This document shows, piece after piece, positions 39,298-49,679 of a stretch of DNA of 64,000 bases. How positions within the stretch are numbered: the stretch's first letter is position 1; each line of letters begins with the position of its first letter. The stretch is taken from contig NTJL01000002.1 of the NCBI GenBank assembly GCA_002457485.1, positions 7,188-71,187 of the forward strand, written 5' to 3'. The notes below the pieces were generated by a model, which was not told the origin of the DNA, ran no database searches, and worked only from the letters and a program-made list of their open reading frames with translations. The DNA comes from Pelagibacterales bacterium MED-G42. GTDB lineage: Bacteria > Pseudomonadota > Alphaproteobacteria > Pelagibacterales > Pelagibacteraceae. The translations under genes and the position numbers were made by a program.

Positions 39298-41746
39298 AAT
39301 TCAAAAAATTCTACTTTTATCATTTTTAAATTTTTTTATTATAGTTAACGCAAATGCTAGTGAGCAATTCACATTTGATGTTACTGAAATAGAAATTGTC
39401 GATGATGGAAATATTATTAAGGGTTATAAAGGTGGTACAGCTACAACTGAGGATGGATTAGAAATAATAGCAGATAATTTTATTTATGATAAGATACTAA
39501 ATATCTTGAATGCTTATGGAAATGTAAAGATTTTTGATAAAATTAATAATTACATAATTATTTCAGAAAAAATTACATATGTTAAAAACATTGAAAAAAT
39601 ATTTACTAACGGAAAAACAGAAGCAATAATTGAGTCCAAATTTAGATTTTTATCAAAGAATGTTTTATTTTTAAAAAATGAGATGATTTTAAGTTCATCT
39701 GAGAAATCTTCTTTAAATGATAATGATACAACACTTTATAAATTCGAAAAATTTAATTATTCTGTTAATGAGGGAATACTTAAAGGTAAAAAAATTGAAA
39801 TTGTTTCTAATTTCCAGCAATCAAAGGACAAACAAGATTTTATTTCATTCAATGATGGAATAATAAATATTAAAAATAAAAACTTCATAGCTAGTAACAC
39901 TAAAATTAAGGTTAAAAAGGATAGTTTTGATAATTCAGAAAATGACCCTAGAATTTATGGGGTCTCATCTGAAAAAAAAGGAGATTTGACAACAATCAAT
40001 AAAGGAATTTTTACCAGTTGTGCCTTAAATGATAAATGCCCACCATGGAGTATAAGCTCAAATAAAATTTTGCATGACTCAAAAAAAAAACAAATTATAT
40101 ATAAGGATGCTTTACTTAAAATCTACGATATACCAGTCCTTTATTTTCCAAAATTTTTTCATCCAGACCCAACTGTTAAAAGACAAAGTGGATTACTTCA
40201 ACCACAATTAAATAATTCAAATATCCTTGGGTCTTCCATTCGCGTACCATATTTTCATATATTAGCTGATAATAAAGATCTAACTTTTACTCCTACTATA
40301 TTCGATAAAGACATCTATATGATACAGAACGAATTTAGACAGGAAAATAAATCATCATCATTAATAAGTGATATCGGTGTTGTGAATGGATATAAGTCAA
40401 TAACTACTGAAAATAAAAAAAAAAACATAGGGCATTTTTTTGCCAAATTTAACTTAGATTTAGAATTAAGCTCTTTTGATAAAAGTGATCTTAAATTATC
40501 ATTAGAACAAGTAACCAATGATACTTATTTAAAAATATTTGAGTCTAATCTAACAAATACTAATTCAAAAATAATGCCTCAAAGTAAAAATCAACTAACA
40601 TCTAGTTTAAATTTAAATTTAGATCATAAAGATTACTCTTTTGATACTAGTTTAGAAGCTTATGAAACTTTAAGTGGTAAAGATAGCGATCGGTATCAAT
40701 ATGTTTTACCTTATTATTCTTTTTCAAAAAATTTATTTTCAGGTGATTTATTAAGTTTAAATTTTAATTCTAATGGTAACAATAATTACCAAAAAACTAA
40801 TAATATAAAAACTGTAATCAATAATAATTTTGATTTTAAATCCGTTGATTTTATTTCAAAAAGAGGTTTTAAAAATAATATTGGAATTTATTTTAAAAAT
40901 GTAAACACTGTTGGCAAGAATGACAACCGATACAAATCAAGTCCCCAATTGGAATTAATGAATATTATTAATTTCGAGACATCATTGCCTCTCGTCAAAG
41001 AAGATAAAAAATATTCAAATTCTATCATACCAAAAATATCCTTTAGATATAATCCGACAGATATGAAAAATCACTCAGCCTCTGAAAGACAAATAAATAC
41101 AAATAATATTTTTTCAATTAATAGGTTGTCAATAAGTGATTCTTATGAATCTGGAAAATCTTTAACCCTTGGAGTAGATTTTAAAAAAGAAACTATTGAT
41201 GATATAAATAAATATTTTGAAATTAATTTAGCGACTGTTTTAAGAGATGTAAAACAAGATACAATTCCTACAACTAGTACTCTTGGGGAAAAACAATCTA
41301 ATTTATTTGGGTCAACAAATTATCAAATGTCTAAATTATTCGGTTTGAATTATGACTTTGCTGTTGATAATGATATGCAAACTTTTGAATATAACTCAAT
41401 AGGTACGATATTTGATTTTGGTAATCTAGTAACAAGTTTAAATTTTGTTGAAACTGGAGGGAAAATGGGTGGAACTAACTTTATAGAAAATTCTACAAAA
41501 CTTGAGCTAAATAAAGATAATTTTTTAAGATTTAATACTAGAAGAAATAGAAAAATAAGCCTGACCGAATATTATGATTTAGTTTATGAGTACAAGAATG
41601 ACTGTTTAATAGCTGGAATTAAATATAAAAAAACATACTATCAAGATAGAGACTTAATACCAAATGAGGATTTATTATTTTCTATTACTCTATTTCCATT
41701 AACTAAGTATGAGTCAAAAGTAGATCAAGATTTATACGAAAATTAA
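39287..41746 (+). CDS. lptD: LPS assembly outer-membrane protein LptD
   Basis: Signal peptide, FTSC...CPPW, PDPTVKRQSGLLQP, C-terminal YKNDC. Confidence 0.88.
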   Translation: MKIKIQKILLLSFLNFFIIVNANASEQFTFDVTEIEIVDDGNIIKGYKGGTATTEDGLEIIADNFIYDKILNILNAYGNVKIFDKINNYIIISEKITYVKNIEKIFTNGKTEAIIESKFRFLSKNVLFLKNEMILSSSEKSSLNDNDTTLYKFEKFNYSVNEGILKGKKIEIVSNFQQSKDKQDFISFNDGIINIKNKNFIASNTKIKVKKDSFDNSENDPRIYGVSSEKKGDLTTINKGIFTSCALNDKCPPWSISSNKILHDSKKKQIIYKDALLKIYDIPVLYFPKFFHPDPTVKRQSGLLQPQLNNSNILGSSIRVPYFHILADNKDLTFTPTIFDKDIYMIQNEFRQENKSSSLISDIGVVNGYKSITTENKKKNIGHFFAKFNLDLELSSFDKSDLKLSLEQVTNDTYLKIFESNLTNTNSKIMPQSKNQLTSSLNLNLDHKDYSFDTSLEAYETLSGKDSDRYQYVLPYYSFSKNLFSGDLLSLNFNSNGNNNYQKTNNIKTVINNNFDFKSVDFISKRGFKNNIGIYFKNVNTVGKNDNRYKSSPQLELMNIINFETSLPLVKEDKKYSNSIIPKISFRYNPTDMKNHSASERQINTNNIFSINRLSISDSYESGKSLTLGVDFKKETIDDINKYFEINLATVLRDVKQDTIPTTSTLGEKQSNLFGSTNYQMSKLFGLNYDFAVDNDMQTFEYNSIGTIFDFGNLVTSLNFVETGGKMGGTNFIENSTKLELNKDNFLRFNTRRNRKISLTEYYDLVYEYKNDCLIAGIKYKKTYYQDRDLIPNEDLLFSITLFPLTKYESKVDQDLYEN

Positions 41747-41752
41747 AAATTA

Positions 41753-42688
41753 ATGAAAAAAAATGTTTTTTTAGTAATAGTTATAATAAACTTAATTTTT
41801 TTAAAGAATGTATTTTCAATTGAAAATAAGATTTTACTAAAAATTGATAATGAAATAATTACATCAATTGATGTTTTTAATGAAACTAAATATTTAAAGG
41901 CTATCAATAGTAAAATTAATGAAATGAAAAAAGAGGATATTTATAAAATATCTATTAACTCTCTTATAAAAAGAAAAATAAAGGAAATTGAAATTAAAAA
42001 AAATGCTTCTTCTGAAGAAATTAATATTGATGATGGGTATTTAAATGAATTAATAAAAAATACATATAAACAAAGGGGTTTTAATAATCTCAATGCATTT
42101 AACAAACATCTACAAAACTACGATATAAGAATGTCAGATGTTAAAGAAATAATTTCAACAGAGTCATTGTGGAATGAGCTTATTTATCAAAAGTTTTCAA
42201 AAAAAATAAAAATTAACAAAGTAGAATTAAAAAAACAAATTACAAAAGATAATAATAAAATGTTTAAATCTTTTTTAATATCTGAGATAGTATTTAAGAT
42301 ATCTGAAAAACAAACTCTAAACCAAAAATTTAATATTATTAAAAAAGACATAAGTGAAAAAGGATTTTCTAATGCTGCAACACTGCATAGTATTTCGAAC
42401 TCAGGGTTTTCAGGTGGTGAATTAGGATGGTTTGCAGAAAATTCTCTTAATCCCAAAATTAAGGATAAAATTATAAATTTAAAAGTTGGAAATTATACTA
42501 ATCCTATAATTATTCCTGGTGGTTTTTTAATTGTAAAGTTGAATAATATTAAAGAGGATAAAATTAAATATGATATTGATAAAAAATTAAAAGATTTAAT
42601 TAGAATAACAACTAATCAACAACTTAACCAATTATCAAATATATATTTTGATAAAATAAAAAAAGAAATTAAAATTGAAGAATTATAA
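41753..42688 (+). CDS. surA: SurA-like periplasmic chaperone/parvulin PPIase
   Basis: IDNEIITSID N-domain; F...A..HS....GGELGW parvulin motif. Confidence 0.8.
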   Translation: MKKNVFLVIVIINLIFLKNVFSIENKILLKIDNEIITSIDVFNETKYLKAINSKINEMKKEDIYKISINSLIKRKIKEIEIKKNASSEEINIDDGYLNELIKNTYKQRGFNNLNAFNKHLQNYDIRMSDVKEIISTESLWNELIYQKFSKKIKINKVELKKQITKDNNKMFKSFLISEIVFKISEKQTLNQKFNIIKKDISEKGFSNAATLHSISNSGFSGGELGWFAENSLNPKIKDKIINLKVGNYTNPIIIPGGFLIVKLNNIKEDKIKYDIDKKLKDLIRITTNQQLNQLSNIYFDKIKKEIKIEEL

Positions 42689-43637
42689 ACCTATTATAAT
42701 AGTTGCTGGAGAACCTTATAGTGTTTTCTTGGAGATTTTTTTTAAAGCATTAAAATATAAAAAATATAAATCTCCTTTAATTATTATTTGTTCAAAAAAA
42801 TTAATATTAAGTCAAATGAAAAAGTTTAATTTCAAAAAGAGAATTAGATTAATTAATTCAACCAATTTGAAAAATTATTCATTAAATAACAAATCTATTA
42901 ATCTAATTAACGTAAAATTAGATAATTTGAATAAAAAAAATTTAATTAAATCAAATTCTTATATAAAAAAATGTTTTGAAGAAGCTTTCAATATAATTAA
43001 TAATGGAATTTCAAATAAACTAATTAATGGACCAATTTCAAAAAAAAAATTCTTAAATAAAAAATTTCTTGGTATGACTGAATATATATCAGAAAAATTT
43101 AATATTAATAATAAAGGAATGTTAATATATAACAAAAGATTATCTGTTTGCCCTATTACAACTCACCTTCCATTAAAATTTGTTGCTAAAAATATTAATC
43201 AAAAAATGATAATTCAAAAAATAGAATTAATTAATGATTTTTATGAAAAAAATTTAAATATTAAACCTAAGATAGCAATTTTAGGTCTTAATCCACATTG
43301 TGAGAGTGTTGACAAATTTAATGAAGATGAAAAAATAATTAAACCTACGATAAAATTAATGAAAAAAATTGGATTTAAAGTTTCTGGTCCTTATCCTGCC
43401 GATACAATTTTTTTGAAAAATAACAGAAAAAATTTTAACGTTATAGTTGGAATGTATCATGATCAGGTTTTAACACCTCTAAAAACAATTCATGAGTATG
43501 ATGCTATTAATATTACATTAGGCCTTCCATTTACAAGAATATCACCAGATCATGGTCCAAATGAAAAAATGATAGGTAAAAACCTATCTAATCCTCTAAG
43601 TTTAATAAATTCAATAAAATTTTTGGATAAAAATTGA
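42675..43637 (+). CDS. pdxA: 4-hydroxythreonine-4-phosphate dehydrogenase
   Basis: GEP, TTHLPL, GLNPH, GPYPADT, MYHDQ, SPDHG. Confidence 0.92.
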   Translation: MKNYKPIIIVAGEPYSVFLEIFFKALKYKKYKSPLIIICSKKLILSQMKKFNFKKRIRLINSTNLKNYSLNNKSINLINVKLDNLNKKNLIKSNSYIKKCFEEAFNIINNGISNKLINGPISKKKFLNKKFLGMTEYISEKFNINNKGMLIYNKRLSVCPITTHLPLKFVAKNINQKMIIQKIELINDFYEKNLNIKPKIAILGLNPHCESVDKFNEDEKIIKPTIKLMKKIGFKVSGPYPADTIFLKNNRKNFNVIVGMYHDQVLTPLKTIHEYDAINITLGLPFTRISPDHGPNEKMIGKNLSNPLSLINSIKFLDKN

Positions 43638-44419
43638 TTAAAGCAAAAAAAAGCTTAGGACAAAATTTCCTTGTAGATAAAACAATTTTAGAAAAGATTG
43701 TTAATATTACTGAAATTAGGAATAAAACAATCCTAGAGATTGGTCCAGGTACAGGAAATTTAACATCTTATATTCTTAAACAAAAACCAAAAAAAGTTTT
43801 TGTTGTTGAAAAAGATACAAACTTATCAAATAACTTAAGTAATATTTTTAATGATCAATTAACTATAATTAATAACGATATATTAAAAATTGATGAAAAT
43901 CTAATTTCAAAAGATAAAGTAATAGTCTTTGGGAACCTTCCTTACAACATTTCAACAGAAATACTTAGTAAATGGATAATAAATCTTAAAGATCATTTTT
44001 GGTTTAATCATCTTATTCTTATGTTTCAAAAAGAAGTGGCTGATAGAATTATTGCTAAATTCAATACTTCACAATATGGACGATTATCAATTTTAAGTAA
44101 CTGGAAATTAGAGATTGAAAAAATTTGTGACATTAAACCTTTTTCTTTTTATCCAAAACCAAAAATAGATAGTTCCCTACTTTTTTTTACTCCAAAAAAA
44201 AATTTCTATCCAATTAAAAACTCAAAAAATTTAGAAAAAATTACAAGAATTTTTTTTAATCATCGAAGAAAAATGCTTAAAAAACCATTTAATCAAATTT
44301 TTAATGGAAATGAAAACGTCATAAATAAACTTAATATAAATTTAAATCTTCGACCACAAAATTTAGATTTTAATCAATATTATCAATTGGCAAGTGAATA
44401 TGAAAATTTAAGAAGTTAA
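43634..44419 (+). CDS. rsmA: 16S rRNA m6,2A dimethyltransferase
   Basis: [32 protein letters not shown]. Confidence 0.95.
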   Translation: MIKAKKSLGQNFLVDKTILEKIVNITEIRNKTILEIGPGTGNLTSYILKQKPKKVFVVEKDTNLSNNLSNIFNDQLTIINNDILKIDENLISKDKVIVFGNLPYNISTEILSKWIINLKDHFWFNHLILMFQKEVADRIIAKFNTSQYGRLSILSNWKLEIEKICDIKPFSFYPKPKIDSSLLFFTPKKNFYPIKNSKNLEKITRIFFNHRRKMLKKPFNQIFNGNENVINKLNINLNLRPQNLDFNQYYQLASEYENLRS

Positions 44420-45040
44420 TTTATTTACATGATTCCTAATAAATTCCAAATCATAATCTTTAGAACCGCTATCTATTTCTGCTTCAATTAAGTTTTTAAT
44501 TTTTTGAAAACAATTTTTAATATCATCATTTATAACAACATAATCGTAGTTTATCCAATGTAATACATCTCTTTCGAATTGTTTCATTCTCTCTTCTGCA
44601 ATAAGTTTATCCTTCATATCTCTATTTGAAAGTCTATCAAACAAGACTTCTTTACTTGGGGGTAATATGAAAAAAGTTATTAATTTATAATCCAATTTTT
44701 TGTTTTTAATTTGATCTGCACCTTGCCAATCGATATCGAACAAAACATTTTTTCCTTTATTAAGTTTATCAATTACTGGTGTTCTGGTTGTACCATAAAA
44801 ATTGTTAAATACTTTTGCGTTTTCTAAAAATTCTTCATTATTAATTAATCTTTTAAATTCATCTTCATTTACAAAAAAATAATCTTTATTGTTTGTTTCA
44901 TTATGTCTGGGTTTACGTGTTGTGTGTGATATGGATATCTCAAAGTTATCTATACTGGATAACATTTTTACTAATGTAGTTTTTCCAGCTCCTGATGGAG
45001 AGGATAAAATAATCATTACCCCATCTGTTTTAGAGGGCAT
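44408..45040 (-). CDS. gmk: Guanylate kinase
   Basis: [29 protein letters not shown]. Confidence 0.95.
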   Translation of the reverse strand: MPSKTDGVMIILSSPSGAGKTTLVKMLSSIDNFEISISHTTRKPRHNETNNKDYFFVNEDEFKRLINNEEFLENAKVFNNFYGTTRTPVIDKLNKGKNVLFDIDWQGADQIKNKKLDYKLITFFILPPSKEVLFDRLSNRDMKDKLIAEERMKQFERDVLHWINYDYVVINDDIKNCFQKIKNLIEAEIDSGSKDYDLEFIRNHVNKLTS

Positions 45041-45048
45041 TAACGCGC

Positions 45049-45288
45049 TTAGTTTGCTTTTCCTTCGATAAATTTAACTGCGTCACCAACAGTTAAAATT
45101 TTCTCTGCTTCACTATCTGATATTTCAGATCCAAATTCTTCTTCGAAAGCCATAACTAGCTCAACAGTATCCAAACTATCTGCACCCAAATCATCTATGA
45201 AACTTGACTCTTCTGTTACTTTTGCTTCATCAATACCTAAATGATCTGCTACGATTTTCTTAACTTTACTTGAAACTTCTTCTGACAT
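45049..45288 (-). CDS. acpP: Acyl carrier protein
   Basis: [14 protein letters not shown]. Confidence 0.97.
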   Translation of the reverse strand: MSEEVSSKVKKIVADHLGIDEAKVTEESSFIDDLGADSLDTVELVMAFEEEFGSEISDSEAEKILTVGDAVKFIEGKAN

Positions 45289-45336
45289 ATCTATCCTTTT
45301 TGTTATAAATTCTTAATAGTTTAAAAACTTATTTTG

Positions 45337-46074
45337 TCAAGCCATATACATACCTCCATTAATATTTAAAGTTTCTCCATTAATATAATTTGACAAATTT
45401 GAGCATAAAAAAAGCACTCCATTAGCAACATCGTCAGGCTCTCCTAAGCGAGCTGAGGGTACTTTTGATATAATAAATTCTTTAAATTTTTCATCTATTT
45501 TATCTGTCATCGCTGATTTTATAAAACCAGGAGAAATACAGTTCACATTTATATTTTTTTTAGCATATTCAATTGCTAGACTTTTTGACATTGCAACTAT
45601 TCCTGCTTTAGATGCTGAATAATTGGCTTGACCTAAATTTCCAGTATGTCCAACAACTGATGTTATGTTTATAATTTTTCCAGATTTATTTTTAAGCATT
45701 TTTTTTATTCCATATTTGCTCATTAAAAATGTTGATGTCAAATTAACTTCGATTACTTTTTTCCACTCTTCTAAACTCATTCTAATTGCTAAATTGTCTT
45801 GTGTAATTCCTGCATTATTTACGATACAATCTAAACTACCACCTAAATCATTAGTAGAATTTTCAATAAACTTTTCAATTTTATCACTCTGAGAAATATC
45901 AAATTGTGATATCTTAATATTTTCATATTTATCTTTAAGATCTTTTAATTTATCTATTTTAGTTCCAGTAGCTAGTATGTTTGCTCCAACTTCACTTAAT
46001 TTCTTTATTATTGAATTTCCTATCCCACCAGTAGCTCCAGTGACTATAATATTTTTTTTCATTAAATCATTCAT
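45337..46074 (-). CDS. fabG: 3-oxoacyl-ACP reductase
   Basis: TGATGGIG, NNAGIT.D, YSASK. Confidence 0.93.
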   Translation of the reverse strand: MNDLMKKNIIVTGATGGIGNSIIKKLSEVGANILATGTKIDKLKDLKDKYENIKISQFDISQSDKIEKFIENSTNDLGGSLDCIVNNAGITQDNLAIRMSLEEWKKVIEVNLTSTFLMSKYGIKKMLKNKSGKIINITSVVGHTGNLGQANYSASKAGIVAMSKSLAIEYAKKNINVNCISPGFIKSAMTDKIDEKFKEFIISKVPSARLGEPDDVANGVLFLCSNLSNYINGETLNINGGMYMA

Positions 46075-46997
46075 ATTTTCAAATTTTTTATATCCTCTAG
46101 AGTATTAATTGTATCTATTTTTACCTCACGATTAATTCTTTTTACCAAACCAGATAAAACTTTTCCGGGACCAATTTCTATGAAATGATTTATATCATCT
46201 TTAATCATATTAATCACGCTTTCTCTCCATCTAACTCTATTTTCTATTTGTTCTATTAATAAATTTTTTAATTCTTCAATATTACTTATTTTTTGGGCTG
46301 TAACGTTAGAAATTAATTGATTTTTTGATACTTGAAAATTAACCTTCTCTAATTCTTCTGTCATAATCTTTTTTGCATGACTCATCAAATTACAATGAAA
46401 TGGAGCACTTACCGGTAATTTAATATTTTTAATTAAATTATCTTTTAAAACTATTATTAAATTATCTAAATCTTTGTTTTTACCACTAATTACAATCTGT
46501 CCTTCAGAATTATCATTAGCAATTTGTGCTTTAATTTCATGCTTATTATTCTCTAATAATTTTTCAATTACCTCTATAGATGATCCTAATACTGCAACCA
46601 TTCCTCCCATTCCCTGTGGGACAGAGTTTTGCATTGCATCTCCTCTTATTCTTAATATTTTTAAAGTTTCTACAAAACTTAAATATCCTGCTGACGATAG
46701 TGCTGAATACTCTCCAAGTGAGTGCCCAGCAAAATATTTTGCGTTATCTAAATTAATATTGAACTCATTTTTGATAACATTGAAAATCGAATAACTTATG
46801 AGGAATATAGCTGGCTGAGTATTAATTGTTAAATCTAATTCATTTTTTGGTCCTTCTAATATCAGTTTTGATAAACTAAAATTAAGTGTTTCATCTGCCT
46901 CCTTAAATAAATTTTTAACAAGATCAAATTTGTCATAAAATTCTTTGCCCATACCTACAACTTGAGAACCTTGACCCGGAAAAATTACTGAAAACAT
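46071..46997 (-). CDS. fabD: Malonyl-CoA:ACP transacylase
   Basis: FPGQGSQ, TQPAI, GHSLGE, VSAPFH. Confidence 0.95.
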   Translation of the reverse strand: MFSVIFPGQGSQVVGMGKEFYDKFDLVKNLFKEADETLNFSLSKLILEGPKNELDLTINTQPAIFLISYSIFNVIKNEFNINLDNAKYFAGHSLGEYSALSSAGYLSFVETLKILRIRGDAMQNSVPQGMGGMVAVLGSSIEVIEKLLENNKHEIKAQIANDNSEGQIVISGKNKDLDNLIIVLKDNLIKNIKLPVSAPFHCNLMSHAKKIMTEELEKVNFQVSKNQLISNVTAQKISNIEELKNLLIEQIENRVRWRESVINMIKDDINHFIEIGPGKVLSGLVKRINREVKIDTINTLEDIKNLKI

Positions 46998-47084
46998 ATA
47001 AAAAAAACTAATTATTTTGCCTTTTTAACTATTGTAATTGAACATTTATAATAGTATATCCTCACTTTTTATTAAAGAACTTAA

Positions 47085-47438
47085 ATGAATTTATACGAAC
47101 ATACTATTATTGCTAGACAAGATACGTCTCCAAGTGAGATTAAGCAATTAACAGAAAAATATTCTAAAATTGTTGAAAAAAATGAGGGCGAAATAATTAA
47201 AACAGAAATTTGGGGGTTGCTCAATTTGTCCTATTTAATAAAAAAAAACAAAAAAGGAAGTTATATTCATTTTAAAATTAAAGGTAGAGGTGACGTTATA
47301 AATGAATTAGAAAAAAATGAGTCAATTGATAAAAAACTATTAAGATATTTAACTGTAAGAGTTAAAAAATTTGATTTAGAAACTAATTATTTCATAAAAA
47401 AAGATGATAGTGAAAAAAAGGAAGTTAATAAAAATTAA
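47085..47438 (+). CDS. rpsF: 30S ribosomal protein S6
   Basis: [12 protein letters not shown]...L.Y.IKK, LRYL. Confidence 0.92.
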   Translation: MNLYEHTIIARQDTSPSEIKQLTEKYSKIVEKNEGEIIKTEIWGLLNLSYLIKKNKKGSYIHFKIKGRGDVINELEKNESIDKKLLRYLTVRVKKFDLETNYFIKKDDSEKKEVNKN

Positions 47439-47440
47439 TC

Positions 47441-47713
47441 ATGCCTAAAAGACAAAGTGGAAATAAAAAAGGTAAACAAAGCAATTTTGCAAAACTAAGT
47501 ATTTTTCAACCTAATAAATACAAGTTTAAAAAGAGCTGTCCTCTTTCAATTAAAGGAGCTCCAAAGGTAGATTATAAAAATATTAGGCTCTTAAAAAAAT
47601 ATATGTCTGAAAATGGTAAAATCTTACCATCAAGAATTACAAATGTATCACAAAAAAAACAACGAGAACTGTCTCTTTCAATTAAAAGAGCAAGAAACCT
47701 GGCCCTGTTATAA
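47441..47713 (+). CDS. rpsR: 30S ribosomal protein S18
   Basis: [21 protein letters not shown]...IKRAR.LALL. Confidence 0.95.
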   Translation: MPKRQSGNKKGKQSNFAKLSIFQPNKYKFKKSCPLSIKGAPKVDYKNIRLLKKYMSENGKILPSRITNVSQKKQRELSLSIKRARNLALL

Positions 47714-48172
47714 ATGAAAGTAATTTTATTAGAAAATGTAAAAAGAATTGGGGCTATTGGTGATATTATTGACGTTAAAAGAGGTTATGCTAGAAATTTT
47801 TTAATAGCTAATAAAAAAGCTCTTTATGCATCAAAAGAAAATGTAAAAGAAGTTGATAAAATTAAATCTGATCTATCTAAAAAAGATAATGAAAAAAAAA
47901 AAGAAGCGAGCTCAATTTTGGAAAAAATAAGTGGTAAAGAATATGGTGTTAAAAAACTAAGCACAGAAAATAATGAACTTTATGGTTCTGTAAAACCAAC
48001 TGAAATTTCAAAACTTATTAAAGAAGTTGATAATATTGATATAAAGCCGTCTATGATACAACCTGAAACAGAGATTAAATCTCTAGGTAAATTCAAAGTA
48101 AAAATAAGTTTACACTCTGAAGTTGATGCTGAAATCGTAATAGTAGTTCAATCAGCTGATACCATTCAATAA
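47714..48172 (+). CDS. rplI: 50S ribosomal protein L9
   Basis: MKVILLE, VKRGYARNFL, LYGSV, LH.EV. Confidence 0.95.
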   Translation: MKVILLENVKRIGAIGDIIDVKRGYARNFLIANKKALYASKENVKEVDKIKSDLSKKDNEKKKEASSILEKISGKEYGVKKLSTENNELYGSVKPTEISKLIKEVDNIDIKPSMIQPETEIKSLGKFKVKISLHSEVDAEIVIVVQSADTIQ

Positions 48173-48239
48173 TTATACAATTTTTTCCCCAATAATAATT
48201 GATAATTTTTTTTTTAAATTAGTAATATAGATTAACTAA

Positions 48240-49658
48240 ATGGAAAATAATTTTAGTATAGTAAAAAATCAATTTAAAGAACTTCCAAATAATATTGAAG
48301 CAGAACAAGCGGTAATTGGGTCTATTTTGGTTACAAATGAAATATTTGACGAAATAAGTGTAATTATTTCTAGTTTAAACTTTTATGACCCTATGCACCA
48401 AAAAATATATGAAGCAATCGAAAGTCTTATTTATAAAGGAATGTTAGCAAACCCTATTACTTTGAAAAATTATTTTGAAAATGAAAAAGATGATCTAGAT
48501 GTTCCAGAGTACTTAGTAAAAATTACAAAATTTTCCACATCTGTTCGCCAGGCAACAGAATATTCAAAAATAATTTATGATATGTTCGTAAGAAGAGAGC
48601 TAATCAAAATATCAGAACAAACCATTGATAGTGCTAAATTAAATGATCTTGATACAAATGGACAAATAATTATAGAAAATTCTGAAAGATTATTATTTGA
48701 TCTTGCTGAGAAGGGATCTTTTAATTCTTCACTTGTAAAATTTGATGAGGCAATGAAGCAAACAATTGAAATGGCTTCAGCAGCTTATAAAAATGAGGAA
48801 GGTATAGTTGGTGTTCCAACTGGTCTGCGAGATTTAGACGATAGGTTAGGTGGACTTCATCAATCAGATTTAATAATTATTGCTGGTAGACCCTCAATGG
48901 GTAAAACATCTTTAGCAACTAATATTGCTTTTAATGCAGCACAAAAACTACAGAGTAGTGGAAAAAAATCTACTATAGCCTTTTTTTCACTTGAAATGTC
49001 ATCTGAACAACTATCTACAAGAATTTTAGCTGAACAAGCAAGAATAAGATCTAACGATATTAGACGTGGAAAAATTTCTGATGAACAGTTTGATAAATTT
49101 TTAGAAACCTCAAAAAATATCTCTGAATTACCTCTTTACATAGATGAAACTCCTGCAATAAGCATTGCTGCAATGAGTAACAGAGCAAGACGAGTCAAAA
49201 GATTATTTGGGTTAGATATGATTATCGTAGATTACATTCAGTTAATGAGAGGGACTACCTTTAATAAGGACGGTAGAGTTCAAGAAATCTCGCAAATAAC
49301 TCAAGGCCTTAAGGCTATTGCAAAAGAATTATCGATTCCTGTAGTGGCTTTATCACAGTTATCAAGACAAGTTGAACAAAGAGATGATCATAAACCTCAA
49401 CTGTCTGATCTCAGAGAGTCAGGTTCAATTGAACAAGATGCAGATGTTGTCATGTTTGTTTATAGAGAGGGATATTATTTGCAAAGAAAGGAGCCAAGAG
49501 AAGCAACAGTAGAACATGCAGAATGGCAAGCAAAAATGAACGAAGTTGCACATTTGGCTGAAATTATAATCGGAAAGCAGAGACATGGACCTGTAGGTAA
49601 AGTAACGCTTGAATTTGAAGAACAATTTACTAAATTTAAGGATACTCAATCTACATAA
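48240..49658 (+). CDS. dnaB: Replicative DNA helicase
   Basis: AGRPSMGKT, SLEMS, DYIQLM, LSQLSR, DLRESGSIEQDAD, KQRHGP; no intein. Confidence 0.97.
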   Translation: MENNFSIVKNQFKELPNNIEAEQAVIGSILVTNEIFDEISVIISSLNFYDPMHQKIYEAIESLIYKGMLANPITLKNYFENEKDDLDVPEYLVKITKFSTSVRQATEYSKIIYDMFVRRELIKISEQTIDSAKLNDLDTNGQIIIENSERLLFDLAEKGSFNSSLVKFDEAMKQTIEMASAAYKNEEGIVGVPTGLRDLDDRLGGLHQSDLIIIAGRPSMGKTSLATNIAFNAAQKLQSSGKKSTIAFFSLEMSSEQLSTRILAEQARIRSNDIRRGKISDEQFDKFLETSKNISELPLYIDETPAISIAAMSNRARRVKRLFGLDMIIVDYIQLMRGTTFNKDGRVQEISQITQGLKAIAKELSIPVVALSQLSRQVEQRDDHKPQLSDLRESGSIEQDADVVMFVYREGYYLQRKEPREATVEHAEWQAKMNEVAHLAEIIIGKQRHGPVGKVTLEFEEQFTKFKDTQST

Positions 49659-49679
49659 ATTAAAATATAAAGAGTTTTG

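Noticed and set aside
48173-48239. DnaA-box-like TTTTCCCCA upstream of dnaB
   Set aside because: A single mismatched 9-mer with no cluster; insufficient support.
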